Shown: piece by piece, positions 50,557-60,675 of the stretch
Numbering within the stretch: the first letter of the stretch is position 1
Layout: every line of letters starts with the position of its first letter
NCBI GenBank assembly: GCA_036846345.1
Contig: DAIUCD010000005.1
Location: 110,155-174,154 of the forward strand
Direction: 5' to 3'
From: Spirochaetota bacterium
GTDB lineage: Bacteria; Spirochaetota; UBA4802; JAGODF01
Length of the DNA stretch: 64,000 nt
Translations under genes and position numbers: made by a program
Notes under the pieces: generated by a model
Databases searched by the model: none
The model's input: the letters and a program-made list of their open reading frames with translations, nothing else
Told to the model about the DNA's origin: nothing

Positions 50557-53500
50557 ATGGCCGGAAAAAAGATCAAGAAATCGATGGATGGAAACATGGC
50601 AGCTGCTCATGTGGCCTATGCTTTTACTGAAGTGGCCGCCATTTATCCCATCACACCTTCCTCTCCCATGGCCGAACATATTGATGAGTGGTCTGCAGGC
50701 GGACGGACAAATATATTCGGCAACCTTGTCAAAGTGGTGGAAATGCAGTCAGAGGCCGGGGCGGCTGCCGCATTGCATGGATCTCTGCAGGCGGGAAGCC
50801 TGAGCAGTACTTTTACGGCTTCTCAGGGACTTTTGCTCATGATTCCCAATATGTACAAGATGGCAGGAGAGTTGCTTCCGGCGGTTTTTCATGTTTCAGC
50901 AAGGAGTTTGGCAACACATGCCCTCTGTATATTCGGGGACCATTCCGATATTTATGCCACAAGACAGACCGGCTTTGCGCTTCTGGCCAGCGGAAGCGTT
51001 CAGGAGGTGATGGATCTGGCTGGCGTGGCTCATGCGGCTGCACTGAAATCAAGGATTCCCTTCCTGCATTTTTTTGATGGTTTCAGGACCTCCCACGAAA
51101 TTCAAAAAATCGAGGTTATTGATTATCAGGATTTGGCCGGGATGATCGATCATAAAGCCTTGGAAAAATTCCGAAGCAATTCCATGAATCCCGAGAATCC
51201 CGTCACCCGGGGCACTTCTCAAAATCCTGATGTCTTTTTTCAGACGCGGGAGGCTTCCAATCTCTATCATGATGCTGTTCCCGATATAGTAAATCAAACA
51301 ATGCTGGACTTCAGTAAAATTACCGGACGTGAATATCAGCCGTTTAAATATTATGGTGCTTCCGATGCGGAAAGTATTATTATCTCCATGGGTTCCGTAA
51401 CGGAAACCATTGCGGAAACGGTTGATTATCTTCTCTCCCAGGGAAATAAGGTGGGTATGGTTTCCGTGCATCTCTACAGACCGTTTTCTCCAAAATATTT
51501 ACTGGAAGCCATACCCAAGTCCGTTAAAAGGATCGCCGTACTTGATAGAACAAAGGAACCGGGTTCGAATGGTGAGCCGCTCTATCTGGATGTGAGAAAT
51601 GCATTTTATGGAAAAACCGATGTCCCCCTGATTGTCGGCGGTCGTTACGGTCTGGGATCAAAAGACACCAATGCCGGTGACATCCTGGCAGTTTATGAGA
51701 ATTTGAAAGCTGCTGAGCCCAAAGATGGATTTACAATCAGCATCATAGATGATGTCACTTATAAATCCCTGCCTTCCCGGGAACCGAAAACGCTGGCTCC
51801 ATCAGGAACCTTCGCGGCGAAATTCTGGGGGATTGGGGCTGACGGTACCGTAGGTGCCAATAAGAACTCTTTGAAGATCATTGGGGATACAACAGAAAAG
51901 TATGCACAGGCCTATTTCGCCTATGACGCAAAGAAATCCGGCGGGGTTACCATATCCCATCTGAGGTTTGGAGATTCGCCGATCAAATCCACCTATCTGA
52001 TCAATCATCCACAGTTCGTTGCCTGCCATGTACCAGCTTATATTTATCAGTATGATGTATTGCAGGGGCTCAACAGGGGGGGGACCTTCCTGCTGAACAG
52101 TATATGGGATGAGAGGGAAATAAAGGAGAAACTGCCGGATTCAATGAAAAGGTATCTGGCGGAGATGGAGATAAAGTTTTATATCATAAACGCAACGAAA
52201 ATTGCCGAGGAATTGGGTTTGGGCACCCGAACGAACAGTATAATGCAGGCTGCATTTTTTAAATTAGCCGATGTCATCGCCTATGATGATGCCGATAAGC
52301 AGATGAAGGAAGCCGTAAAAAAGACCTACGGGCACAAAGGGGATAATATCGTAAAAATGAACTATTCTGCCATTGATCTGGGCGGCGAGGGTATTATAAG
52401 AATTGATGTGCCTGAGGAGTGGAAAAGCATTACGGCTGTTCCATATAAGTCCGTCGGTGATAAGCCGGATTTTATTGAGAAAATAGCCGATCCCATGAAC
52501 CGGCAGGAAGGGCATCTACTCCCTGTCAGTGCATTTTACGAGTGGGCGGATGGAACCTATCCCCCGGGAACTACTGCATACGAAAAGAGAGGAATTGCGG
52601 TCAACGTTCCTGAGTGGCAGCCGGCAAACTGTATACAATGCAATCAGTGCGCCTATGTATGTCCCCATGCTGTGATTAGACCGTTCCTCCTTGATGAAGA
52701 GGAGGTGGCAATAATGCCTGCCAATACTCAGGTCATAGATGCCAAGGGAAAAGGGCTGGAGGGACTTAAGTTTAAAATACAGGTGAGTGTTCTCGATTGT
52801 ACCGGATGCGGCAATTGTGCTGATACATGCCCTGCCAGGGAGAAGGCTCTCATTATGAAACCCCTGGAATCACAAAGGGAAGAGATCCCCAGGTGGGAGT
52901 ATTTCAGCACTAAGGTCTCGTACAAGGATAAACTGATGCCCAGAAACACGGTCAAGGGGAGCCAGTTCTGCAGGCCATTATTTGAGTTTTCCGGTGCCTG
53001 CGCCGGGTGTGGTGAAACACCTTATATAAAGCTTATAACTCAATTATTCGGTGACCGGATGATGATTGCCAATGCAACCGGCTGTTCTTCCATATATGGG
53101 GGATCAGCGCCATCTACACCCTACTGTAAGAATGAGAAGGGATGCGGTCCTGCATGGAACAATTCCCTGTTCGAGGATGCTGCGGAATTCGGTTTTGGTA
53201 TGATGATCGGTATTTCTCATATGCGCAAACGAATCGAGGATTATGCAGAAAAATGTATTCAGGGGAATGTCTCATCGGAGCTGAAGGAAGCATTGATGAA
53301 ATGGATTGAGAATAAAAATGATTCTGAAAACTCCAGGGAAATCACTGATACTCTTACTCTATTGCTGGAAAAAACGGATCATCCATATGCCCGGGAAATA
53401 CTTAATCTTAAACAGTATCTGATAAAGAAATCGGTATGGTCCTTCGGAGGAGACGGATGGGCTTACGATATCGGTTATGGTGGTCTGGATCATGTTCTGG

Positions 53501-54084
53501 CCTCTGGGGAGGATATTAATCTGCTAGTGTTGGACACCGAGGTCTATTCCAATACCGGGGGGCAGTCATCCAAGGCAACCCCGATGGCGGCTGTCGCAAA
53601 ATTTGCCGCAGCAGGGAAGAGGATACGTAAAAAGGATCTTGGTTTGATGGCTACCACTTATGGATATGTTTATGTGGCTCAGGTCGCCATGGGAGCCAGT
53701 CAGGCACAATACATCCGTGCCCTGACGGAAGCTGAGGCGTATCCGGGCCCCTCTTTGATCATTGCTTATGCCCCCTGTATAAATCATGGTTTGCGCTCCG
53801 GCATGGGTAAGACTCAACAGGAAGAGAAAAATGCCGTTGAATGCGGCTATTGGCACCTCTGGAGATATAATCCTCAACTGGAAAAAGAAGGTAAAAACCC
53901 ATTCATCCTGGATTCAAAGGAGCCAAAATGGGAAAAATTTCAGGAGTTTCTGAAAGGGGAGGTCCGCTATACATCATTAAAGGAATCCTTTCCGGAAGTT
54001 GCGGATAACCTTTTTAAAGCAGCGGAAGATAATGCCCGTTGGCGGTATGCACAGTATAAACGCCTGTCAGAAATCATTTATTGA
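50557..54084 (+). CDS. por: pyruvate:ferredoxin (flavodoxin) oxidoreductase, single-polypeptide PFOR
   Basis: 1175 aa; two 4Fe-4S ferredoxin motifs (CIQCNQCAYVCP, CTGCGNCADTCP); ThDP domain GDGW…LVLDTEVYSNTGGQ. Confidence 0.95.
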   Translation: MAGKKIKKSMDGNMAAAHVAYAFTEVAAIYPITPSSPMAEHIDEWSAGGRTNIFGNLVKVVEMQSEAGAAAALHGSLQAGSLSSTFTASQGLLLMIPNMYKMAGELLPAVFHVSARSLATHALCIFGDHSDIYATRQTGFALLASGSVQEVMDLAGVAHAAALKSRIPFLHFFDGFRTSHEIQKIEVIDYQDLAGMIDHKALEKFRSNSMNPENPVTRGTSQNPDVFFQTREASNLYHDAVPDIVNQTMLDFSKITGREYQPFKYYGASDAESIIISMGSVTETIAETVDYLLSQGNKVGMVSVHLYRPFSPKYLLEAIPKSVKRIAVLDRTKEPGSNGEPLYLDVRNAFYGKTDVPLIVGGRYGLGSKDTNAGDILAVYENLKAAEPKDGFTISIIDDVTYKSLPSREPKTLAPSGTFAAKFWGIGADGTVGANKNSLKIIGDTTEKYAQAYFAYDAKKSGGVTISHLRFGDSPIKSTYLINHPQFVACHVPAYIYQYDVLQGLNRGGTFLLNSIWDEREIKEKLPDSMKRYLAEMEIKFYIINATKIAEELGLGTRTNSIMQAAFFKLADVIAYDDADKQMKEAVKKTYGHKGDNIVKMNYSAIDLGGEGIIRIDVPEEWKSITAVPYKSVGDKPDFIEKIADPMNRQEGHLLPVSAFYEWADGTYPPGTTAYEKRGIAVNVPEWQPANCIQCNQCAYVCPHAVIRPFLLDEEEVAIMPANTQVIDAKGKGLEGLKFKIQVSVLDCTGCGNCADTCPAREKALIMKPLESQREEIPRWEYFSTKVSYKDKLMPRNTVKGSQFCRPLFEFSGACAGCGETPYIKLITQLFGDRMMIANATGCSSIYGGSAPSTPYCKNEKGCGPAWNNSLFEDAAEFGFGMMIGISHMRKRIEDYAEKCIQGNVSSELKEALMKWIENKNDSENSREITDTLTLLLEKTDHPYAREILNLKQYLIKKSVWSFGGDGWAYDIGYGGLDHVLASGEDINLLVLDTEVYSNTGGQSSKATPMAAVAKFAAAGKRIRKKDLGLMATTYGYVYVAQVAMGASQAQYIRALTEAEAYPGPSLIIAYAPCINHGLRSGMGKTQQEEKNAVECGYWHLWRYNPQLEKEGKNPFILDSKEPKWEKFQEFLKGEVRYTSLKESFPEVADNLFKAAEDNARWRYAQYKRLSEIIY

Positions 54085-54144
54085 AAACTGGTTTCGATTT
54101 GGATAAAAAACGAGAATTTGCACTGAGTGTCATTGGATAAGCTG

Positions 54145-55164
54145 TTATAAGTGATCCACGATGAATTGTTTGAGGATTCGTGCACCTGCTTCAGAGATAT
54201 CCATGAATTTCAAGGTGTAATAGTGCGTGTTCTCTTCGTGAATAGTTTTATCAGCTATCACTTTTGATGTGATTCCCATTTTGAAATCGGAAATTTCAAA
54301 GTTGATGATATAGTTCAATTTATAGTCAATGGATTGATTTAGTCTTATAACGGTTTCATTTTCATTAATTTTGAAGATGTTGCCGTAAACGTCTTTATGC
54401 TTTTCCTGTTCGGCAATCGGAAGTCCGTCTTTAACTGGAATGAGTCTGCAGGGCAACATGACCTCTATGTACGGGTGCCGTACTTCTTTTCCACGGACAA
54501 CTGTATCTGGCATGACTATTTTTAGAAACTGTGTATCGTTCGAGATGATCTGGGCATCGAAGGTATATTCGGCATCTCCGGTCCTCCAGATATAACCTTT
54601 TATGGGCTTGCCTGCAAGGTTTTGCAGATTTCTGGGATGTCTGAATAATTGCAACGTGATGCTGTTCTCTTCTTTGTTTATCAACTTGCCGATATAAACA
54701 TCCTTGTTTTCCACTACGAAACAGAGAAGAATGTTATCCTCAATGTCATGTATGGTTTCCAGAGGTTTTTTATAAGTTGTGAAGTGATAGATCTTTTCAT
54801 ATGTGATAATGATGTCTTTACAGATTGCGGAAAGGGACTCCTCATTCTCATTCTTATCGCGAAGATATTGAAGAAAAGAACCGATGGATGACTCAAAATA
54901 GACAGCATTGTCAAGAATTTTATTAGGATCCTTCAAACCCAGGTTCTCGATGACTCCGCTGAGGATCTTGAACTGATAATTTGTCAGTCCGAGTTGTTTG
55001 GTTTTAAAGAGAAAAAGCTGTTGTTCATGGATGATTCTACGGTTAAGAATGTAATTGTAGCGAAGAAGCAGAAGAAATGCAGTAATGACTGCAATTATCA
55101 GCAGGATGATGAGTATTTGGGTTAAATCAGGTGTTGGCCAGTCGAATCCGAATATTGTTTTCAT
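54145..55164 (-). CDS. membrane-anchored hypothetical protein; possible degenerate PilZ-like C-terminus (weak)
   Basis: N-terminal TM; C-terminal DISEAG resembles the PilZ D-x-S-x-x-G motif, but the RxxxR motif is not at canonical spacing. Confidence 0.4.
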   Translation of the reverse strand: MKTIFGFDWPTPDLTQILIILLIIAVITAFLLLLRYNYILNRRIIHEQQLFLFKTKQLGLTNYQFKILSGVIENLGLKDPNKILDNAVYFESSIGSFLQYLRDKNENEESLSAICKDIIITYEKIYHFTTYKKPLETIHDIEDNILLCFVVENKDVYIGKLINKEENSITLQLFRHPRNLQNLAGKPIKGYIWRTGDAEYTFDAQIISNDTQFLKIVMPDTVVRGKEVRHPYIEVMLPCRLIPVKDGLPIAEQEKHKDVYGNIFKINENETVIRLNQSIDYKLNYIINFEISDFKMGITSKVIADKTIHEENTHYYTLKFMDISEAGARILKQFIVDHL

Positions 55165-55436
55165 AATTCTCTAATAAAAAATAATTGCAAAAACCCGCGA
55201 ATGCCGTGTAGGTAATAATTTTTGAACCTGTTTACACAGGTGGGTTTCCTCATGTTGAATTCAACCTTCTCTCGTGAAAGAGTATGGTTTTCTTGAACAG
55301 ATTTAGAATCCCTTTTCATATAATATTGGTACAAAAATGTTGATACCTATCTCGAGCATCGCAGGCTATACTCAAATAAACAACAGAGAAGACATAATTT
55401 CAACTATTTTTTACAAGTTAAACGGGGATGTGAGTC

Positions 55437-56579
55437 TTGAATCATGATTATTTTACAATAGGGCCCCGGAAAGACATTAGGGATATCAAAATAGTTCTCT
55501 ATAATGAAAAGGAGATCAGTAATTCACTGGTAAAAAGGTTTTTGACCTGTGAGGGGTATTCATTCAGATGCATTTCCTATCAAGATGAATCGGATTTGGG
55601 AACAAAGATCCAGTCTTTCATCCATGAGGGAGCAGAATCAAAAGAGGTATTGATATTAAAGGACAACCGGGGACGCTTTGTACAGAAATGTCCCGGTTCC
55701 CCCGGGGTCATTTGCTGTAATTACTGGGTTGTTAATACCTGTTTCAATTGTCTATATGATTGTTCCTATTGTTATCTAAACACATACCTAAATTCCTTCG
55801 GAATTGTCCAGTTCTCCAATCTGGAAGTGCTTTACAGGGATCTGTGTGAATTCTCGAAAAAAAACGAAAACAGAGTTTGCCGCATCGGGACCGGGGAATA
55901 TACGGACTCGCTCATGATGGATCAGATTACCGGTATCGCTTCCGAGCTCATCAGTATTACATCAAAAAACAGGAATATCTTTCTTGAATTAAAAACAAAA
56001 TCCCATAATATAAATCATTTGCTGAACATCGGTGATAAAGGGAATACTGTCCTTGCTTGGAGCCTGAACACTCAGCGTAATATTGATAAACACGAGTCAG
56101 GAACGTCTTCCCTGGCAGAAAGACTGGCTTCGGCCAAGGAGGCATCAAAAAGTGGTTATCATACCGCTTTTCACTTCGATCCGATTATTATTTATGAGGG
56201 ATGGCAGGATGACTATCGAAAGACAATCAATGATCTGTTCAATGCCGTCCCTGCCGGGAATATATGCTGGATTTCTCTCGGCGGATTCAGATATACCCTG
56301 GCTTTTAAGGAATATATGAAAGAATATGGAAAAGACAGGGAAATCTTTGTGGAAGAATTTCTTCCGGGAATAGATGGTAAATACCGGTATTTCAAAAAGA
56401 ATAGGCTTGAAATTTATACCCATATAATACAATGCATAAGAGATCATTCCAGAGACGTATATTTATATTTCTGCATGGAAAGTGCTGATATCTGGTTGTC
56501 TGCATTAGGTAAAAGGTTTTCGGAATCCGAGGATCTTGAAAATGATATGATCAAACATCTGACCCAAAGTTATTTATAA
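55437..56579 (+). CDS. radical SAM protein of the spore-photoproduct-lyase (SplB-like) family
   Basis: CLYDCSYC (CxxxCxxC) radical-SAM cluster motif in an SplB-like context; TTG start per the ORF track. Confidence 0.65.
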   Translation: MNHDYFTIGPRKDIRDIKIVLYNEKEISNSLVKRFLTCEGYSFRCISYQDESDLGTKIQSFIHEGAESKEVLILKDNRGRFVQKCPGSPGVICCNYWVVNTCFNCLYDCSYCYLNTYLNSFGIVQFSNLEVLYRDLCEFSKKNENRVCRIGTGEYTDSLMMDQITGIASELISITSKNRNIFLELKTKSHNINHLLNIGDKGNTVLAWSLNTQRNIDKHESGTSSLAERLASAKEASKSGYHTAFHFDPIIIYEGWQDDYRKTINDLFNAVPAGNICWISLGGFRYTLAFKEYMKEYGKDREIFVEEFLPGIDGKYRYFKKNRLEIYTHIIQCIRDHSRDVYLYFCMESADIWLSALGKRFSESEDLENDMIKHLTQSYL

Positions 56580-56632
56580 TATTAAAATTATTCCCAATAG
56601 TAATTCTACGATACTGATTATGAGGTAAAACA

Positions 56633-57751
56633 TTGGAAGAACGAGATTATAGAGAAAGGAAAAGGGATCTGGAAGAACTTATCGGCAAAATTGACGATCT
56701 CTATCAATCATTGAATCTGGATTCATTAAGAGCCAAAATCATGCTATTGGAGCAGGAGACCCTCAAAGATGATTTCTGGACCAATAAAGAGCAGGCCGCA
56801 AAGATTAATTCTGAAATCAGTCAAATGAAAAAAAGGATTGATCCTCTCGGTAAACTATATGCCGAGGTCCAGGAAGCGATTGAGCTGATGGAATTGGCTA
56901 TGAAGGAAGATGACGAGGGACTGCTGAATGATATTAGCACTCAGATCGATGGTTACATGAAAACCTTCGATATGCTGGAAACTCTCGAATTGCTATCCGG
57001 TGAAGATGATGTTCGTAGTGCTTTCCTGACCGTACACCCAGGAGCCGGCGGCACGGAGTCCCAGGACTGGGCCAGTATGTTATTCCGGATGTATTTACGA
57101 TGGGCTGAAAAAAATGAGTATACCATCAGTGTAATTGATTATATGCCGGGTGAAGAAGCGGGCCTCAAAACGGCTACTGCATTAATTAACGGTGATTTTG
57201 CGTTCGGATTGCTTAAGTCCGAAAGGGGGATACATCGGCTGGTGAGGATTTCTCCTTTTGATGCCAATAAAAGACGCCATACTTCATTTGCAGCTGTTGA
57301 GATAATCCCGGAGGTCCCGGATGATGTGGATATTGAGATTAACGAATCGGATCTACGTATAGATACCTACCGTGCTTCAGGCGCGGGCGGCCAGCATGTT
57401 AACAAGACCGACTCAGCGGTTCGAATAACACACATACCATCGGGCATTATCGTGCAATGCCAGAATGAAAGATCGCAGCATAAAAACAAGGCTTTTGCGC
57501 TCAAGGTATTGCAATCGAAACTTTATCAATTGAAACGCAAGGAGATGGATGAGAAAAAGCTGGAAAAGATGGGGGAAAAGAAAGATATATCCTGGGGCAA
57601 TCAGATTAGATCCTATGTCTTTCAACCATATACCCTTGTCAAAGATCATAGGACTGGGGAAGAAACAGGTTCCATAGATTATGTATTGGACGGTGAGATT
57701 GACCGTTTTATCTATACCTATCTCAAAACATTAAAGGGCCAGCAGTTATAG
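56633..57751 (+). CDS. prfB: peptide chain release factor 2
   Basis: SPF and GGQ motifs (SGAGGQHVNKTDSAVRITH); TTG start after a GAGGT RBS; contiguous ORF with no programmed +1 frameshift. Confidence 0.9.
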   Translation: MEERDYRERKRDLEELIGKIDDLYQSLNLDSLRAKIMLLEQETLKDDFWTNKEQAAKINSEISQMKKRIDPLGKLYAEVQEAIELMELAMKEDDEGLLNDISTQIDGYMKTFDMLETLELLSGEDDVRSAFLTVHPGAGGTESQDWASMLFRMYLRWAEKNEYTISVIDYMPGEEAGLKTATALINGDFAFGLLKSERGIHRLVRISPFDANKRRHTSFAAVEIIPEVPDDVDIEINESDLRIDTYRASGAGGQHVNKTDSAVRITHIPSGIIVQCQNERSQHKNKAFALKVLQSKLYQLKRKEMDEKKLEKMGEKKDISWGNQIRSYVFQPYTLVKDHRTGEETGSIDYVLDGEIDRFIYTYLKTLKGQQL

Positions 57752-57849
57752 AGCTAGTTATTTTATTTCCAATTAATGAGTTTTATTCTTGAAAATTATC
57801 TCCCTTCATAATATTAAAAACCAAATAATATATAGTTAAAAATTATATC

Positions 57850-58710
57850 ATGAAAGTTGGTATTGATAAAATTCGAAATATAATGAATAAATACCCCAAT
57901 GAATTCTATTGCAGGTATTACTATGATATGATGGTCAAAGGGAGGAAATTCCACTCAGAGAACCCGGTTACTCTTGATGATCTGGATTATCTCCATAAAC
58001 AGGGATTTCTAGAGATCGACATCATCTATACTGTAACGGTTTATGAATACCTCTCCCATGAATACCCCATCGAATTCAGGAAACCATACAAAATGGCTGA
58101 ATTTATGGATATTGATAAATACCTTGAAGCCCTCAATCGTGTAAATGCTCAATCCAAGCGTAAACGTTGCATCTACATAATCGGAGATGTCTATACACAG
58201 GACAGTAAATCAGGGAACAGGCAGACTGTTGTGGGCCACAATGAAATGCTGGATTATAAAAAATGGAACGAGATAAAAAGGGATTTATCCAAGGATCAGA
58301 AATTTTTGTATAGAAATTCCGAGAACGGGATCATTGTTTTTATCAACATGATGCCCGATGCGGAAACGAGCTATATGGAAAGGTTCAGAAAGAATACGGA
58401 TTTGATTACCTCCATGGTGTCACGAAAGAAAAATATCAACATTGAGATCGCACCGGATTTTATATCCACTGAAGACGTTATTTCCGTAACTGATCCGGAA
58501 AAATTGCTGGATCAGTACATCGTCAATAATGCACGGCTGATTATAATTGGAGAAAACATATCTGAATCCTATAAAAAGGCTTTACTTCAGGTTAAGCAAT
58601 ATGATAAATTTGTCAGGATGATGATTGTACCCTTGATCGACATGACCAATCTGGAACATTTTCTGATGCAGGTGAAATTATTCTATAACTCCAATCGCTG
58701 GACCGAATAA
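57850..58710 (+). CDS. hypothetical protein (unknown family)
   Basis: 286-aa AT-rich ORF with a strongly AT-rich upstream region; no motif recognised. Confidence 0.5.
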   Translation: MKVGIDKIRNIMNKYPNEFYCRYYYDMMVKGRKFHSENPVTLDDLDYLHKQGFLEIDIIYTVTVYEYLSHEYPIEFRKPYKMAEFMDIDKYLEALNRVNAQSKRKRCIYIIGDVYTQDSKSGNRQTVVGHNEMLDYKKWNEIKRDLSKDQKFLYRNSENGIIVFINMMPDAETSYMERFRKNTDLITSMVSRKKNINIEIAPDFISTEDVISVTDPEKLLDQYIVNNARLIIIGENISESYKKALLQVKQYDKFVRMMIVPLIDMTNLEHFLMQVKLFYNSNRWTE

Positions 58711-58723
58711 GAGGTAGATTCCT

Positions 58724-59647
58724 TTGAAGAAGAAAACCCCGAAAAAATCCCTTTTCAAATATTTTGAACCCATTGATATGACTGATTTTATCAATGACGA
58801 GGGGAAAACCGGCAGCATAGAGGATAGCTTCGGATATTTTGCCTTTACGCCTAATAAGGACAATCTTTTTCTCAATAGGTTTTCCAAGGATGATCTGATG
58901 ACCATCATTAATAAGGTGGGGATGCTGGATCATCTGAACAAACGGGGGTTTGATAACATCATACTGGATATTGAAAAGGACGAGACACTGATCCATTATC
59001 TTAAGATTTATTATGGTGAGAAAAAGCCCAATAACATTCTTGTGGATCTCCGTCTTTCTGAATCGAGGTTTTTACCGGATTCAAAATACTTTCCCGAGGA
59101 TATTGAGGCTGTTACCTACGACATGATTGTCATCGAATGGCTGGCCTCTCAAAATCCTCATACAGATTTTTCAAACAACCGTCCCCAGCTGCCAGGTCAG
59201 AAAAAACCAGGGCTGGGTATTTTGAATTTTATGATGGAGATGATGTATATTGTCGGGCGAGAAGTGATCAAAGACGGCTTCATGGATGTTCCCGACCATA
59301 TGCACGGGGCTATAATGTACTCTAAAAAATTCAAGTTCTTTAACCCTTCCCATGAAGCCATTCTGCAGGCAATAGTAAGGGATCTTTCCAATTATCCGCT
59401 TATTGATATATCCTGGGGAATGCTGACCAATACGATTTATGATGCTGAAACCGGCAATCCGCAGGAATACGATCCGTCCGAACAGATATTTCCACTCTCC
59501 AGGCGCATTAGAAAGTATTTTAACTCGAAGATGTACAAAGAAAGATTGAGATATGTATATAAGAAAAAAAGGTACAAGTTCGATTATAACCGAATGCTCG
59601 AACTGAAGTCGGAAATGTTAAAGAATAAGAGTGTTGTCGATTTTTAG
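58724..59647 (+). CDS. hypothetical protein, possibly GNAT-like fold
   Basis: 13-nt gap from the upstream gene (operon); QLPGQKKPGLG loosely resembles the GNAT Q/R-x-x-G-x-G/A acyl-CoA motif. Confidence 0.45.
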   Translation: MKKKTPKKSLFKYFEPIDMTDFINDEGKTGSIEDSFGYFAFTPNKDNLFLNRFSKDDLMTIINKVGMLDHLNKRGFDNIILDIEKDETLIHYLKIYYGEKKPNNILVDLRLSESRFLPDSKYFPEDIEAVTYDMIVIEWLASQNPHTDFSNNRPQLPGQKKPGLGILNFMMEMMYIVGREVIKDGFMDVPDHMHGAIMYSKKFKFFNPSHEAILQAIVRDLSNYPLIDISWGMLTNTIYDAETGNPQEYDPSEQIFPLSRRIRKYFNSKMYKERLRYVYKKKRYKFDYNRMLELKSEMLKNKSVVDF

Positions 59648-60090
59648 GAATTTTGGTCCCACTTCAGTTTGTTGAGACGAGAAAGGGAGTTGATGTCCCT
59701 GTTCATCCCCTCAAGACGGCGCTCTATCATCTCAATCAACTCCAGCCGGCTCTTTGAGAGCGAGTCCATGCTGCTGAGTATTCTAGTTTCTGCGTCATGC
59801 ATTTCCTTTATTTCATGAGTTGGGGATAGGCGGTCATAGGAAAACTGGTCCATGCCGGCGATAGCGGCAATCTGGTGTTTTATTTGCTGTATATCAAAGT
59901 CCAGTAATTCTATCTGTTCCATGCAATCCTGATCTTTCTGCAGTAAATCGAGGAGTTGCTGTGAGTTATCGGTGGGTATTAAGTATCTCTTTTCGGTTTC
60001 TGATTGTTTGATGATATTGATAAGCTCCATCTTCCTGTTTATAAGGCACTTGGCCTCCGAAAGCAGGGAGCTGATATCATCCCTCAACAC
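59644..60090 (-). CDS. coiled-coil protein, FliT-like candidate (downstream partner of fliS)
   Basis: 148 aa, predicted all-helical; position and size fit fliT after fliS; no sequence motif. Confidence 0.35.
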   Translation of the reverse strand: MLRDDISSLLSEAKCLINRKMELINIIKQSETEKRYLIPTDNSQQLLDLLQKDQDCMEQIELLDFDIQQIKHQIAAIAGMDQFSYDRLSPTHEIKEMHDAETRILSSMDSLSKSRLELIEMIERRLEGMNRDINSLSRLNKLKWDQNS

Positions 60091-60511
60091 TAAAGCTGCC
60101 TTTGGAATCGATATTCTGTCCGTCTGATTTGACCTCTTTTGCGGATATCTTATTCCAAGCCTCCCTCAAGTCCTTTAAATATGACACAACCTCCTGTATG
60201 ATTTCGGAGCTCTTCTGTATGTTGGCCTCGAGAAGCCTCTTTTTAAAATACATATAGAGATTAAACAAATTGCGTGAGAATTCCCCCCCGTCATCCATAT
60301 TAAGGGACATGAGAAGTTCGGTTATGATGTCCTGAGCTTTTAAAATATTACTGTTTACTAAATCGTAGGTCTTGGGATTCATATTCTCAATGGCAATATT
60401 CAGGAACTTGATAGCGCCATCGTAAAGCATTACGATAAGTTTACCCTGGTTTGCAGTATTAATCTCGGTCTGTTTGTATTTATCGTAGGGATTTTTCTGA
60501 GGTAAGGCCAT
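60077..60511 (-). CDS. fliS: flagellar export chaperone FliS
   Basis: LIVMLYDGAIKFL…GGEFSRNLFNLYMYFKKRLLEAN…EVVSYLKDLREAWNKI, collinear with E. coli FliS as I recall it. Confidence 0.75.
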   Translation of the reverse strand: MALPQKNPYDKYKQTEINTANQGKLIVMLYDGAIKFLNIAIENMNPKTYDLVNSNILKAQDIITELLMSLNMDDGGEFSRNLFNLYMYFKKRLLEANIQKSSEIIQEVVSYLKDLREAWNKISAKEVKSDGQNIDSKGSFSVEG

Positions 60512-60675
60512 TTAAGTCCTCCCGATTATTATATCGAAATGATTTCACAGCGCATAATAATAATATTATCGACAAAACAATTAAATGACTTGATACTATA
60601 ACCGATGACCAAAACAGTTGAAAACCGCTAACCTCGATAGAAATACCTGGAGCATGGTGAGAATTGTTGAATCTT

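Noticed and set aside
56621-56629. Potential prfB frameshift ORF1 (ATG-AGG-TAA)
   Set aside because: Only two codons, no CUU-UGA-C slippery site; the RF2 frame is intact from the TTG start, so this is not a recoding site.
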